64,000 nucleotides of DNA. Source: a virus. Both the position numbers and the translations under genes were made by a program. Every line of letters starts with the position of its first letter. Positions within the stretch are counted from its first letter, which is position 1. Under the pieces are notes generated by a model. That model searched no databases, was not told the origin of the DNA, and was given only the letters and a program-made list of their open reading frames with translations. The DNA is taken from positions 1-64,000 of the IMG/VR virus record IMGVR_UViG_3300045988_136447, one strand, 5' to 3'. Positions 36,694 through 47,767 of the stretch are shown here, one piece after another.

Positions 36694-38099
36694 GGCTGCA
36701 CCTCCAGAATGACGCTGAGGACGACCGCCGTGACGGGAGTGTTCCCGGAATCTACGAGGGTGTCGCGTGCGTCGTCAGTGTCGCGCCGGAGCGCAAGCGT
36801 CCCGGAGGCGACTTCGAGTGCGAATTCCGCCACGGCCGGAGCCGCTCCGACTGCAACGACGAACGAGGTGCCGGAGAGCTCGGAGCCGTTCACGACCGGC
36901 ACGAGGACGATGTTTCCGGTCACGCCGGAATCGATGCTGACCGTCTCGAGCGAAACGCGCCGGAGACTCCGCACTCTCCCCCGGAAGCTCAGCTGCCGGA
37001 ACGCCGTATCGAGATACCGGCAGTCGCCCCACGTCTCATCCGCCACCGCCATCTCCGTCACAGGGTCTGCGATGATCGTAGGGCCTGTCTCTCCGCGCAG
37101 CGGGATCGCCGCAGACCAGTCTGCCGATGTCGCCGAGTTCTTGACATAGAAATTCCCCTCGTCAGTGGCGAAAAAGACGAAACCCTCTGCCTCCGCGTCA
37201 TACTGCGCCCGTTCCGAAACCGGCCCCGAAGCATCAAATGCCAGTCCGTTGCCCGGATCACCCTTGATGTTGATAGGTGTAGGATTAGGCAAGTCCCCAT
37301 CGTTTATCCACGAAATAACACCGTCAGAACTTACACTGGGGGTGTATATAAATCCACGTGCGACGGCGTACCCGGAGCTCCAATCAGCCCCGATATTGGC
37401 AATTCTTTCACGGTAATAGTTATCATGATCCTCAGATTGAGAATCAAACCACGTAATACCATCTTCACTCCACTGACGCTCCAGCGGATTGCGAAAATAG
37501 GAATTGATAAATGCAATCGCTTCAGTGCCTGTAGGGGGAACCACTTGTGCAGAACTCCAATCACGGATTGTATTTTTAGCAATAAACGGTATCCATGCAA
37601 TTGTTGAAGGATTTGACAATCCTTGCATATACTGCTTGACATTGATGTATACGCCCGTATTGATGCTTACTTTGTCCGTTGTAACTTCTTTAAACTTAAC
37701 GGTATCGGAATTTATCCTTATAGAAAGTTGTCCGGATGCAAAATCCGCTGTCCCACCGTCAACCCAGTCACCCTCGATATTAAACATATTGGAAGTAGGG
37801 TCTGCTTCGTCAAACGGAATGACAGACTGAAGAGATTTTGCCATCAGATAGTCGTCATCATCAAAGTTGTTATCAGCGACAAACACAAATGAAGTATCTG
37901 TGTCAAATGAAATCGGAGTGAATGTAACAGCTCCAGCTTCGTCCATCTGACGCTCACCGAACTGAATGCACAGGATTTGCCACTGGCCACGCTCAATATT
38001 GATATAGTCAGAGGATTTCGTGACAAAAGCCCCGTCTGCATACACCTGAGCGCGCGTATTTATGTCAATGTATGTAAGGGTCTTTTGCATATATGTCAC
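36690..38099 (-). CDS. tail fibre protein (C-terminal ~190 aa GC-rich)
   Basis: Position; KGDPGNGLAFDASGP collagen-like triplets; composition switch inside gene. Confidence 0.45.
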   Translation of the reverse strand: MTYMQKTLTYIDINTRAQVYADGAFVTKSSDYINIERGQWQILCIQFGERQMDEAGAVTFTPISFDTDTSFVFVADNNFDDDDYLMAKSLQSVIPFDEADPTSNMFNIEGDWVDGGTADFASGQLSIRINSDTVKFKEVTTDKVSINTGVYINVKQYMQGLSNPSTIAWIPFIAKNTIRDWSSAQVVPPTGTEAIAFINSYFRNPLERQWSEDGITWFDSQSEDHDNYYRERIANIGADWSSGYAVARGFIYTPSVSSDGVISWINDGDLPNPTPINIKGDPGNGLAFDASGPVSERAQYDAEAEGFVFFATDEGNFYVKNSATSADWSAAIPLRGETGPTIIADPVTEMAVADETWGDCRYLDTAFRQLSFRGRVRSLRRVSLETVSIDSGVTGNIVLVPVVNGSELSGTSFVVAVGAAPAVAEFALEVASGTLALRRDTDDARDTLVDSGNTPVTAVVLSVILEVQP

Positions 38100-38143
38100 C
38101 TCGTTTTAGCATAATATACTCCGATACTTTCAAATTTCAATCA

Positions 38144-40078
38144 CTAAACAAAGGATATATCTACAATATCAGAATTATAGTCTTTTCCTGTAAACGTAAG
38201 TAAACTACCAGAAGACGCACCCCCGACGCCTTCTCCTGCGATCCCGGCAGTCTCTGTCCAGTTCATCCATGTAAATGCTGCGCTGCCATCGCCTCCACGT
38301 CTTGCATACACATTTGAATTATCTATACCGTTTCTACCAATCACCCTGTAACCATTGCCACCGCCCCCACCAGACGGATAGCCGCAAGTTATAGTTCCCG
38401 GTTTTTGCAATCTGACACGTAACCCAAATTGATGTTCCGGGCTGATAGCTGTTGCATAACCCCTGACGGTAGTCATAGTGAACCACCAACGACTGGAGTA
38501 TATAGACCCACCCACAGACCAGTTATAGCCGTAAACTTCTCCTTGTGAAATAAGAGTTTCCAGATTTTCACCATCTGGAAGTTGTGCAATACCTCCCTGT
38601 GTTATCTGCACAGTAGTGTCACTTGCGTTCTTTATTTTTAAATCAAATACAGGAGGATCAAGCTCAAAGTTGTTGAATCCATTTTTGTATGGGCCGTATG
38701 TACATGTATTGTGCATAGTGATACTATTATTATAAGACTGACCTATACTTGTGGTCATGCTAGCAAGCCTAACCAAATTTCCTGTTCCATTATGTATAAC
38801 ATTTAAGTTTATGTTACTATTTTTAACATAAACTGCCTCAAACCACAGTGAACTATCGACAGTGCCACCCTCCCTGTCGTGATTGCGCGTACCATACTCA
38901 TTAGATGAGGTATACTTACCTCCCTTTCCGGCTCTTACATTGCTTAAGTCTAAGTTTAGATTAAATGTACAGGCGTTTACGTAATTTCCGAAGTCCAAAG
39001 ACAACCCAAGACCATAGACGCCACCGCCATTTCCACACCCTCCATCAGAGTAAGAAGAGGAAGCTAAACCGTTACCGCCATCACCTCCCCTGCAAGATGG
39101 GGCATACGTTACGTCAATTACACATCCATACATCTTTTGGGGGGAAAGATGGATAGCTTCTGAACCACCAGTAATACCACCCGATGAGTAGCCGCCATCA
39201 ACCCCGTCTCCACCACTTCCGGGGTTTCCATAATGCAAATCGAAGGTACAGGAATCGTATGCATCAGCACGTAGCCGTATTATACCCGCATCCCCTCCAG
39301 CACCACCATTAACCCCGCTTGCTCCGGATGCACCGTTTCCTCCGTTTCCAGTAGTGATGTCAAGATGGCACTTATACAGATAATTATAACGGCCTGAAAA
39401 AAGAGTGAGCCACGGGGTATCACCTTCAACTATATCAGAACCGCTCTTGTAAATAGTTTTGTGTTTTGGAGCTGTACCCTCTTCACCACTCTCTGTACCA
39501 TCTGTTCCGTTATGTTGTACCACCGTAAATGTGCATGTATGAAATACAACCCCTCCCAAGCAAATACAGGCAGCAGTCAGATTTGAGCGGTCGTAGATCA
39601 AAGGCACGGCTTCGCTGGTTTCATACCGGAATGTACAGTTATGGATAACCAAGTAGTTATAAAAATCAGCTACCGCATTATCTAACTGATTATACACCAT
39701 GTAGTCAACTACACCACGCACCAGTACATGAACCACTTGCCGCTGTGACACGGTTGTGTAATGGATTAAGGGATCATGCAACATATCATTCAACGAGGCG
39801 TAAGCTGTTTCCCACGACAAGCCATTTCCGCTGACAGCCTTTGAATGGTCTACGTATACGGTGTTTCCGATACAGTTAATAGTTGGTATCTCATTGGTAC
39901 TAAGGCTAAAGTACGCAGGTACTCCACGGCTGTACCCTATGGCCTTTGTCATTCTAGGGTATCCGACAACAACCCCCTTATTATATGTTCCCGGATTGTA
40001 GATCGACCCTCTACGGGTTAAGGCCCCGGCAGGGCCATTAACAGCTAGCGATCCACGTTTTGTCATGTTTGCAAACAT
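38144..40078 (-). CDS. tail spike/fibre with glycine-rich GGxGG repeats (beta-helix-like)
   Basis: NGGNGASGASGVNGGAGGDAG…; size 644 aa. Confidence 0.45.
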   Translation of the reverse strand: MFANMTKRGSLAVNGPAGALTRRGSIYNPGTYNKGVVVGYPRMTKAIGYSRGVPAYFSLSTNEIPTINCIGNTVYVDHSKAVSGNGLSWETAYASLNDMLHDPLIHYTTVSQRQVVHVLVRGVVDYMVYNQLDNAVADFYNYLVIHNCTFRYETSEAVPLIYDRSNLTAACICLGGVVFHTCTFTVVQHNGTDGTESGEEGTAPKHKTIYKSGSDIVEGDTPWLTLFSGRYNYLYKCHLDITTGNGGNGASGASGVNGGAGGDAGIIRLRADAYDSCTFDLHYGNPGSGGDGVDGGYSSGGITGGSEAIHLSPQKMYGCVIDVTYAPSCRGGDGGNGLASSSYSDGGCGNGGGVYGLGLSLDFGNYVNACTFNLNLDLSNVRAGKGGKYTSSNEYGTRNHDREGGTVDSSLWFEAVYVKNSNINLNVIHNGTGNLVRLASMTTSIGQSYNNSITMHNTCTYGPYKNGFNNFELDPPVFDLKIKNASDTTVQITQGGIAQLPDGENLETLISQGEVYGYNWSVGGSIYSSRWWFTMTTVRGYATAISPEHQFGLRVRLQKPGTITCGYPSGGGGGNGYRVIGRNGIDNSNVYARRGGDGSAAFTWMNWTETAGIAGEGVGGASSGSLLTFTGKDYNSDIVDISFV

Positions 40079-40080
40079 AC

Positions 40081-41106
40081 TTAACTCTCTATGAACGATT
40101 CATCAAACAGTACACTTTGAATGGTATCAACTGTTGTACTTGTCCATTTTATATCTATTACACCGGAAGTATGGCCTGTGATGTCAGAAACGGCATCATA
40201 TTGCGACTGCATACCCGAAGAAGAGCTTGAAATTACAATTTCTGATGAGGATATTGGTACAGTTGAACCAGCAGCATATTGCGGAGCTTTCCATCCGACA
40301 AATACGGGAAGCGTGTACGGTGTGTTGGACACAAATATCCCTGATGGATTTGCAGTTCCGGCTATGTAGCCATTCACCATGTAATTTCCCGAACTCAACT
40401 GCACTGACCCGTTTGGATTACATAGATATTTGTAATCAGAGCCTGTACTAGACGTAATAGGCGGCCCCGGAAGGGTACACCACGGCCCAATATATGTAGG
40501 GCCGATATCAACAGGGGTGTTTTGCTTTAGAAGCTGTGTAGCTTTGAGTGTTTTTGTACTCTCATCCCACGTGTAATACCCTATCTGGATTACACTCCCA
40601 TTGACGCCTCTGACATAGGGTGTACTATTCTCCAAAACGTATACGGCAGGAGTTTTTGTAACATCCATCACCAAAAACACGTAACGAGTTCCTGGAGTTT
40701 TTGACAGCGTATACGATGACACGTAGAACAGATCACCATTACCGAATCGGCACTTGCCGGAAGTTCCAGATTTTGGATCATTGGCGTCAACAACTACAAT
40801 AAACGGAACATTCGACTTTGTGCCGTCTTCATTTTCAACTTCACGGATTTCAGTTGTAATCGTAAACTGATACTTCTCTCCCGTCGCGGCAGCTTTAGGG
40901 GTTTCCGTTTGCGGCAGAGAAGAAGCAATGCCATTCGGTGACGCAGGTTTCGGTTTTACATAAGCCTGAATCCCGGTTGAAGTTCTGCGCCATGTGACAT
41001 CTGTTGAATCGACAGGTTGCAGAGCCACAAGCTCTTTGTAGATCATACCCAAGACATGACCTAATCCTTGTGTGTAGGTAGTTGGTCTGAACCACTTAAG
41101 TTCCAT
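40081..41106 (-). CDS. tail structural protein
   Basis: Position in tail module. Confidence 0.4.
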   Translation of the reverse strand: MELKWFRPTTYTQGLGHVLGMIYKELVALQPVDSTDVTWRRTSTGIQAYVKPKPASPNGIASSLPQTETPKAAATGEKYQFTITTEIREVENEDGTKSNVPFIVVVDANDPKSGTSGKCRFGNGDLFYVSSYTLSKTPGTRYVFLVMDVTKTPAVYVLENSTPYVRGVNGSVIQIGYYTWDESTKTLKATQLLKQNTPVDIGPTYIGPWCTLPGPPITSSTGSDYKYLCNPNGSVQLSSGNYMVNGYIAGTANPSGIFVSNTPYTLPVFVGWKAPQYAAGSTVPISSSEIVISSSSSGMQSQYDAVSDITGHTSGVIDIKWTSTTVDTIQSVLFDESFIES

Positions 41107-41108
41107 AC

Positions 41109-42971
41109 TTAATCCTCAACATACGAATTATCATACTTAGGATTCCAATACAACATAGTGAGCGCCTGAATAGTGCACGTGACATTTGTCCACGTTTCAT
41201 TGTAGCGGTCAACCGTCTCGTTAAGGCTGATATTCGTACCCTTATAGCTTGTAAATTTACTCGATTTGACATACTTTATCGCATTTTTATAGTATGTGGA
41301 AAATGAACGTCTAAGTATAGTACGTGCATTTCCTCGATAATACAAGCTCACACTGCACTCAAACATTGGAATTTTTTTGTCGATGTAACTTTTATCCCAA
41401 AACCGATCTCTGCCATCCCATTGCGGATAATTTGTTTTATGAGACCTTTCAAGTACAATAGGAGATACTTCCAAGCACTTCCACGGCATGAAATAGATAT
41501 TTCGAATACTGTTTCCATCCTGTGGCCAATCTTCTTTAGTAGTCCATGACGGCTGCGCGTACACGTAACCTGACATCACCAAGTCAGTAAGATCACCTTC
41601 CTTAATCGAATCGTACTTATTTTTAGGAATCCTACCAGTTACAGTTGCCCCGCTATCATCCGTGTACTGACCTATCGGGTAGATAATCGTATCATACCCG
41701 ATTTTTTTATTGCCCTTAACGGCGGCTATAATGGCACTCTCTGTCCACCCTTGAACGGCATTGCTTGTCTCAGATGACATATTGATAAATGTCTGAATAC
41801 TCTGCTGATAGGTAAAAGTGGTTGTAGGAGGAAAGTTAATAATGTAGTAGTCTACACCGGAAGCACCCATAGCCCACCCGCACCACAAAGGTTCAATAAC
41901 GATCTCAGTACTGCTCATTGAGATACCGATTTGATCTTCAAGTTCCTGCTGATCCGGGTAGTCGTCAGTGACGATGTTCAATTCATGCTCACCGTGAGCA
42001 ACTGTATTTACAGAAACTTCGCTGACTGTGCTTCCGGGAAGTCCCAATTCAAGTGCTTCCTGCCCGACAAGGCCGTCAAATGAATCTTTCAGCTCTTCCG
42101 TACTCTGATAGATGATCGTATTTGTAGTATTGATCTCTTTTCCATCTTTGTACGTCCGCTTATCTGTACGCACATGCCGCAGTGAGACGTGACGGGCTTC
42201 AAACGTGATATTATACCCGAGAACACCCTCTGCTGAAACATTGATGTTATTGATAAGAAATCCTGAGTTCGCAGGGAGACCGATGTACTCGGAAGCGTCA
42301 GAGCCGATCTCCGGCTTAATCCATGATTCATAGACCGAGTTTGAATAACGCCATACAGCAGTGCGCGTTCTCTGCCCGAAGGCATCCACAGTCTCGGCAG
42401 GATTTCCGATCATCATCTTAGCCATATCTTTGGCTGTGAACGTAATCAGGTATCTTGTCTTTGTCTGAGCTTGGTAACTGGAATTCTCCATCAGAAAAGA
42501 CGATCCGGCCCACGTTACGGTAGTACCGCTTTCGATCAGATAGTTATCAATCTCAAGCGGAGAATCGCTTTTGATGTCGATCTGATAAGAAATCGATTTT
42601 GTAATCTCATTATTATTTGTGACTTCAACCGATACGTTACCGACTTGTCTCATAACGGAAAGGTTCTGCGCATTAGTGAATGTCACCTCGTAATGAGTTC
42701 TACCGTCAACGCACACAATGTCGATTGACTGGCAGATGAACGCATCATCTTCTTCAAATTCAAACGCTTCTCTTCCATCATTCTGCTGGATCGGCCGTTT
42801 GTACGGGTCTCCGATATTGCCTGCCCACTCTTCGACCTCATTCTGAAACGCCAGCCATTTGGCAAAAACATTGTCGCTTTCATCATCAATCAACATCCAA
42901 GTAGTTGTGATCGACATGAAACCTTCTTGGTCAATATTTATAGCGGGAGACCCTTTTAAGCTTACAAGCAT
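41109..42971 (-). CDS. distal tail / baseplate-like structural protein
   Basis: 620 aa immediately downstream of tape measure gene. Confidence 0.45.
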   Translation of the reverse strand: MLVSLKGSPAINIDQEGFMSITTTWMLIDDESDNVFAKWLAFQNEVEEWAGNIGDPYKRPIQQNDGREAFEFEEDDAFICQSIDIVCVDGRTHYEVTFTNAQNLSVMRQVGNVSVEVTNNNEITKSISYQIDIKSDSPLEIDNYLIESGTTVTWAGSSFLMENSSYQAQTKTRYLITFTAKDMAKMMIGNPAETVDAFGQRTRTAVWRYSNSVYESWIKPEIGSDASEYIGLPANSGFLINNINVSAEGVLGYNITFEARHVSLRHVRTDKRTYKDGKEINTTNTIIYQSTEELKDSFDGLVGQEALELGLPGSTVSEVSVNTVAHGEHELNIVTDDYPDQQELEDQIGISMSSTEIVIEPLWCGWAMGASGVDYYIINFPPTTTFTYQQSIQTFINMSSETSNAVQGWTESAIIAAVKGNKKIGYDTIIYPIGQYTDDSGATVTGRIPKNKYDSIKEGDLTDLVMSGYVYAQPSWTTKEDWPQDGNSIRNIYFMPWKCLEVSPIVLERSHKTNYPQWDGRDRFWDKSYIDKKIPMFECSVSLYYRGNARTILRRSFSTYYKNAIKYVKSSKFTSYKGTNISLNETVDRYNETWTNVTCTIQALTMLYWNPKYDNSYVED

Positions 42972-42972
42972 C

Positions 42973-45900
42973 TTATTGCCCCTTAACTACAATCGTGTTG
43001 TTTGTTTTCATAAAGTTATAAATATCAAGAACTGTCTTACCGGTAGACGCCTGCGCGTATTCCTGAGACCTGACATAAGCATCAAGAGTGCGGGCCACCG
43101 CACTCTGCGCCGATTGAGCATTCTTGTAGTTTGGAATGCCCCGGGTTTCCACGGACGGCGGCTGCGCTAACGCAAATGAAGCTCGCGGCCCCATTAAGCG
43201 TGTCATAAGGTTCAGGCTATGGTAAAGTGCGTCTTGCGTTAAGCGGCCCTTAGCGTCCTTGTTAGAGGCAAATTGTTGTATCTGATTCAGCATGGCATTT
43301 TGTACTTCACGCTGCGCGGCCCCAAAACCCTTAGTTGCGAGGGCGGCATCAATTTGAGCATTCTTTAAACTCTCTGTCGCCTGTTGCAGTCGGAAAAACG
43401 ATTCAACGGTGGGAGATTCGCGATACCGCTGTTCGAATTGCGCAACTTCCTGATTCGCTCTGGAAACCCGTCCACTGTATACTTGCCGGACACCGGCCTC
43501 GTATGTCGATCCCGAAATCAATCCGGCATTCTGTTCTTTTTCAAGCTGTTGAAGTCGATATTCTTCTGCCTCATTGATAGCATTAAAATACTTTTCAGAC
43601 GCAGTATTGTGCTGCTTTACGAGCTCTCGAAGCTGCCGTTGCAAGATGGAAGCTTGTGATCCCCGCACCCCGTTCGACAACTGCTTTTCGACATACTCGA
43701 TTTCATCTTGCAAGCCATCAAGGACAGTTTTCTGCATGTTTTGCCGGGCAATCAGCAGTGTGTAAGATACACGGGAAGTATCAAGCCCTGTACGGTAGAA
43801 CTGCTGCTCCGCATATGCTGTAATGTCCTCGATGACAGATTCAATATACACAGAGGATGCTTTTTGAACTTTTTTGCGTGCGGCTGCAAGCTGCTTCCCC
43901 GCGTTGTCGATTGCACCAACAATTTTATCCCGCGCACTAGCCTCCAATCTGTCTTTAACCTTGTCGTAGGCAGTAACGATGGCAGACAGAAATTCTTCGT
44001 GTCTTGTCATCATTTCAGATTCGTATTCAAGTCTTGAAGTCAGGTCTTCAACCCTGCTTACGTCCCGATTCTGCAACAAGTAGCGGGCGCGAGATTCCCC
44101 GACGTACTCTTTATTTAGTTTGTGGGCTTTCTCCAAATCTTCGATGTAAAAATTAAGATTCACGCCGATAAGATTAGACAGGGCGCTCGCCACTTTACGT
44201 TGCGCTTCCCTGAATCTCTGAGTACGCACAGCTTCCGTTTCAGTCGAATTCACTTTTTGTATTTGTGAATTCAGTGAAGAAATCACGTTGAACAGAATAT
44301 TTGTTTGGATATCGCTAAGACCTTTAGCGATGTCAGCATCGCGTAAGGCGGCGACATCCTGAACATTCAGAAGTTTATTAAGTTCTGAATAATCACCGGA
44401 GCGTGTGGCGTCTGCCAGCATCCGTTTAATGGTATCTATTTGAGACGAAACGCCCCCTGCCTCTACAAATCTATTAACAGCAGAAAGGTGTCCAGCTGTT
44501 AATTGAGGATAGTCACTGAATTCTTTCTGCGTTTCCGGTGTGAGGCTGTAAAACCTTGAATAAGGACTACTGCGCTTCTGTGCCAGAGATACGTCATAAG
44601 CCGAAGCAAGCCTGTCGATAGCGGAGTAGAAAGCGGTACTGCGGGCTCCTACAATCGCATTAGCATCAAATGTTTCCCGCTGGAACCTAGCCAAGCCTTC
44701 TAAGGAATCCTGATAACCCCTCTGCGCGTTTTCAATAGATTGTGTGCGCACCGTTCTGCGGTCGAGTTCCTCACCGTAAGATTTATTCAGTCTTGAAATT
44801 GTTTCCTGCAACTGCTCTTTCGTTTTTGCAATCGCTATTTCTGCTTTGAGATTTTCAGCTTCATAGCTTGTAATCTCATTAGCCATTTTCAAGCTATCAA
44901 CTCGAGTATTTGCCTGTCTGCGCAGTGCGGCTACATTATGCTGCTCATTCTCTGTTTCCTGTTTATCGGTATCAATTCCGTAAAACGCATTAACAATGCT
45001 TTTAATGAAACCAGAATCCGCAAAATTGAATCTTTCTGCTATCGCTTTTCCGATATTGTACCCGATGTCTGCGACAGACCACGCGGCAATAGCAGAAAAG
45101 ATGCTGTTTCCGATTTTAGACAGCAGACTTCCTGTACCTGTAATTTCACTCAGTGTATTGGTTACACTGAATTTTCTCCCAACACGAGATGCCATTGAAT
45201 TGGGATCACGCGGAAACCGAACACCATATGCTTTTGCATACTGATTCAGATCACCGGAATCGAGCATGGCCTTCTGTTGATTGAGCTGTGTAAGGCGATT
45301 ACGCGAAATCGCAAGTCGCTTAGTGGCCGCGTCAAGTCGGTCATGCGTTGTGATAAATCTTCTTGTGTATCTGTTTTCAAGATTACGCAATCTTGTTTGC
45401 TCTCTAAGAGATGCATTCGATTCTTGCGCAAGTCTGCGTTGCATTTGCACATCAAGAAGATTATCAGAAGCTACTTGTGCCTTTCCTCCGGCAGACAACA
45501 GTCCTCTAAACGAAGAACGAACTCCACGTCTGGCAGACTGCAATTTACGATTAAGGGAATTTCTTTCAGCCTTCACCGCTTCATTTCTAGCCGTAGCAGC
45601 AATCGCGGTATTAGCTGCCTGCGCTCCACCTCTAGGTACAACAGTGGATTGTACAGAAGAGGCGGCTCCCGTAGCCCCCGTTGCAACATTATGAATAGCC
45701 GCCCGGATGTCATACAGCTCTTTTTTCAAGGCCCTAAGTGCCGTAACTACAATGTAAATGTAAGTAGCGTAACGACTAAGGGGCTTAGTATCCCCGAATC
45801 CCTTCATGACAGCTTCCGCAAGCCCATACACCGATCGAGTTACCGGCTCGATATCGGAACCGATCTGAATCAGCGTCTTTTCCGTTTGAGCACGGAGCCT

Positions 45901-46878
45901 GACCAAATCCTTATAGGCAGTATCGATTTGCTTTGTAAATGCCTCTTCACCCGTTCCGGCCCCAAGCTCAAACTCCCTAAGGGTAGTCATGAAGTTATCG
46001 AATTGCCGCCCGGTAAGAGACAGCACAGCACGTCCGGCACGAATATTACCGAACATCTTTTCTAGAGCTTCAACGTTACCGCCTACTTTATCGTGCAGCT
46101 CTTGCAGCGTTGCGGTAAATCCCTTAGCTTGGAGTGCGGAAGCCCCAAGTTCGATATTCCACTTGCGGGCTTCTGCCGCTGCCTGTAAAGTAGGCTTAAT
46201 CAGGCTGTTGAGCATCTGATTAAGGCCGATCATCGATTGACTGGCCGATTGTGTACGAGACAAAATAGCAATCGCCGCACCAAGCTCGTTTAACGATACG
46301 CCTGTCTCGGCAGCGTTATTGATGACAAGACCTAGAGTACGAGCAAGTTCATCACCATGTGCCTTACCTTCCCGAACGGTCAAGTACAGGAAGTCAACAA
46401 GCTTTTGGGTATCTTGAATGGACAAGTCATACGCATTTGTGAGCGTAGTCATGACGTTGCCGGTGTTCTCGATATCAGCTCGGATAGTAGTTGCCGCTTT
46501 ACCGACAGCTTTCACATAGTTGGCGACGTCATCAGTTGTGCCGCGCACACCGGAGGAAATCGTTTCATAGAAAGTGGATGCCGTGTTTGACGGTCTGCCG
46601 AACACGTTGTCAAGTTGCAGCAGCGACTTTTCTATCTTTTTGATCTGTAATTCTGTGATTGCAGAAATATCAGCGATGATTTGGTTGAACTCATTCGCCG
46701 CTGCCGTAGCCGCATAAAAAGTACCTGCCACGCCGCCAGCACCAAGCCAGCGACGGGCAGATTGGTAGATTGACGAAAGACTACTTTCTACACTGTCAGA
46801 AGTGCTATCAAACGCGGTGTTGAACGGCGAAACATCCGCGCTTACCCGTGCCAACAAATCAAATACAGTCGTAGCCAT
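42973..46878 (-). CDS. tail tape measure protein
   Basis: 1301 aa, predominantly coiled-coil, Q/A/R/E-rich. Confidence 0.8.
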   Translation of the reverse strand: MATTVFDLLARVSADVSPFNTAFDSTSDSVESSLSSIYQSARRWLGAGGVAGTFYAATAAANEFNQIIADISAITELQIKKIEKSLLQLDNVFGRPSNTASTFYETISSGVRGTTDDVANYVKAVGKAATTIRADIENTGNVMTTLTNAYDLSIQDTQKLVDFLYLTVREGKAHGDELARTLGLVINNAAETGVSLNELGAAIAILSRTQSASQSMIGLNQMLNSLIKPTLQAAAEARKWNIELGASALQAKGFTATLQELHDKVGGNVEALEKMFGNIRAGRAVLSLTGRQFDNFMTTLREFELGAGTGEEAFTKQIDTAYKDLVRLRAQTEKTLIQIGSDIEPVTRSVYGLAEAVMKGFGDTKPLSRYATYIYIVVTALRALKKELYDIRAAIHNVATGATGAASSVQSTVVPRGGAQAANTAIAATARNEAVKAERNSLNRKLQSARRGVRSSFRGLLSAGGKAQVASDNLLDVQMQRRLAQESNASLREQTRLRNLENRYTRRFITTHDRLDAATKRLAISRNRLTQLNQQKAMLDSGDLNQYAKAYGVRFPRDPNSMASRVGRKFSVTNTLSEITGTGSLLSKIGNSIFSAIAAWSVADIGYNIGKAIAERFNFADSGFIKSIVNAFYGIDTDKQETENEQHNVAALRRQANTRVDSLKMANEITSYEAENLKAEIAIAKTKEQLQETISRLNKSYGEELDRRTVRTQSIENAQRGYQDSLEGLARFQRETFDANAIVGARSTAFYSAIDRLASAYDVSLAQKRSSPYSRFYSLTPETQKEFSDYPQLTAGHLSAVNRFVEAGGVSSQIDTIKRMLADATRSGDYSELNKLLNVQDVAALRDADIAKGLSDIQTNILFNVISSLNSQIQKVNSTETEAVRTQRFREAQRKVASALSNLIGVNLNFYIEDLEKAHKLNKEYVGESRARYLLQNRDVSRVEDLTSRLEYESEMMTRHEEFLSAIVTAYDKVKDRLEASARDKIVGAIDNAGKQLAAARKKVQKASSVYIESVIEDITAYAEQQFYRTGLDTSRVSYTLLIARQNMQKTVLDGLQDEIEYVEKQLSNGVRGSQASILQRQLRELVKQHNTASEKYFNAINEAEEYRLQQLEKEQNAGLISGSTYEAGVRQVYSGRVSRANQEVAQFEQRYRESPTVESFFRLQQATESLKNAQIDAALATKGFGAAQREVQNAMLNQIQQFASNKDAKGRLTQDALYHSLNLMTRLMGPRASFALAQPPSVETRGIPNYKNAQSAQSAVARTLDAYVRSQEYAQASTGKTVLDIYNFMKTNNTIVVKGQ

Positions 46879-46888
46879 TTACCTTCCC

Positions 46889-47173
46889 TCAATCTTTTAT
46901 TTTTGCTTGCCGTTCAGCCTCCCGTTTAGCCTCCTCAGTGACAACAGACTTCAACAAGTCTTTGTCCTCCCTAATTTTAGATTTTTGAACGTCTACAAGT
47001 CCGTCAAGGACAGATTTATCATAGCCCGCCGCCCTCCCGGTGTATGCTGTTAAGCTGTCTAGGGCATCAGCTTTCTCAGACAACTGAAAGAGTCTGATTA
47101 CGTGACAAAACGGTGTGTCAAGAAGAGCTTTTAAGGTGTAACCTTTAAAAACCCGCATTATGTTCATCAACAC
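46889..47173 (-). CDS. tail assembly chaperone candidate
   Basis: Small ORF upstream of TMP. Confidence 0.4.
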   Translation of the reverse strand: MLMNIMRVFKGYTLKALLDTPFCHVIRLFQLSEKADALDSLTAYTGRAAGYDKSVLDGLVDVQKSKIREDKDLLKSVVTEEAKREAERQAKIKD

Positions 47174-47184
47174 GTACTCAAATT

Positions 47185-47748
47185 CTAATTTGTCGGGGAG
47201 GGCTCCTTCGTAGGGTTTTGCTTTTTACCCGCTTCCCTGCCATCTTCTTTCTCTTCATTCAGTGCAGCAGCTCCCCACAACATCAATTGAAGAACTTGAA
47301 TAGTAAGTGCATCTTCACCCTTCTTCAAGAGTTCAATGATCGGAGTTCCTGCTACATATTTTCCAATGAATTCATGGATTTCATCCGTGAGTTCATGGCT
47401 TTTCTTCACAAGTTCGCCGATCTTTTTATGCGTGTCTTCAATGGCGAGCATGGCTTTTTCGATCTGATCGAGCGTAAACTTTTCTTTCAGTTCCTCCGCT
47501 CTTTCAGGATGCTCTTCAAGCTCTTTCTTAGCTTCTTCACAGGCTGCTGCCCGCTGCGTAAGTCGCACTTGAAGAATCGCATGCTGTGTGCGAAGGGACG
47601 AATGCCGAGAAAGAAACGTCTGTGCCATAGCCGCATCACGGGCAGTAATCAACGGGAGATCATACATTGTCCCGTCAGGGAACGGGATTTGCACCTGTTC
47701 CCTGTATGCTTCCATGTTTTCAAACGAGATGCCGGAAATTTTAGGCAT
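47185..47748 (-). CDS. tail assembly chaperone candidate
   Basis: Position upstream of TMP. Confidence 0.4.
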   Translation of the reverse strand: MPKISGISFENMEAYREQVQIPFPDGTMYDLPLITARDAAMAQTFLSRHSSLRTQHAILQVRLTQRAAACEEAKKELEEHPERAEELKEKFTLDQIEKAMLAIEDTHKKIGELVKKSHELTDEIHEFIGKYVAGTPIIELLKKGEDALTIQVLQLMLWGAAALNEEKEDGREAGKKQNPTKEPSPTN

Positions 47749-47767
47749 GATAAATCCTTATTTATGA

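Noticed and set aside
43335-46590. Plus-strand ORFs antisense to the tape measure gene (e.g. 45277-46065, 45281-45694)
   Set aside because: They lie inside a 3.9-kb coiled-coil gene on the other strand, are low-complexity Ser/Arg-rich, and have no RBS
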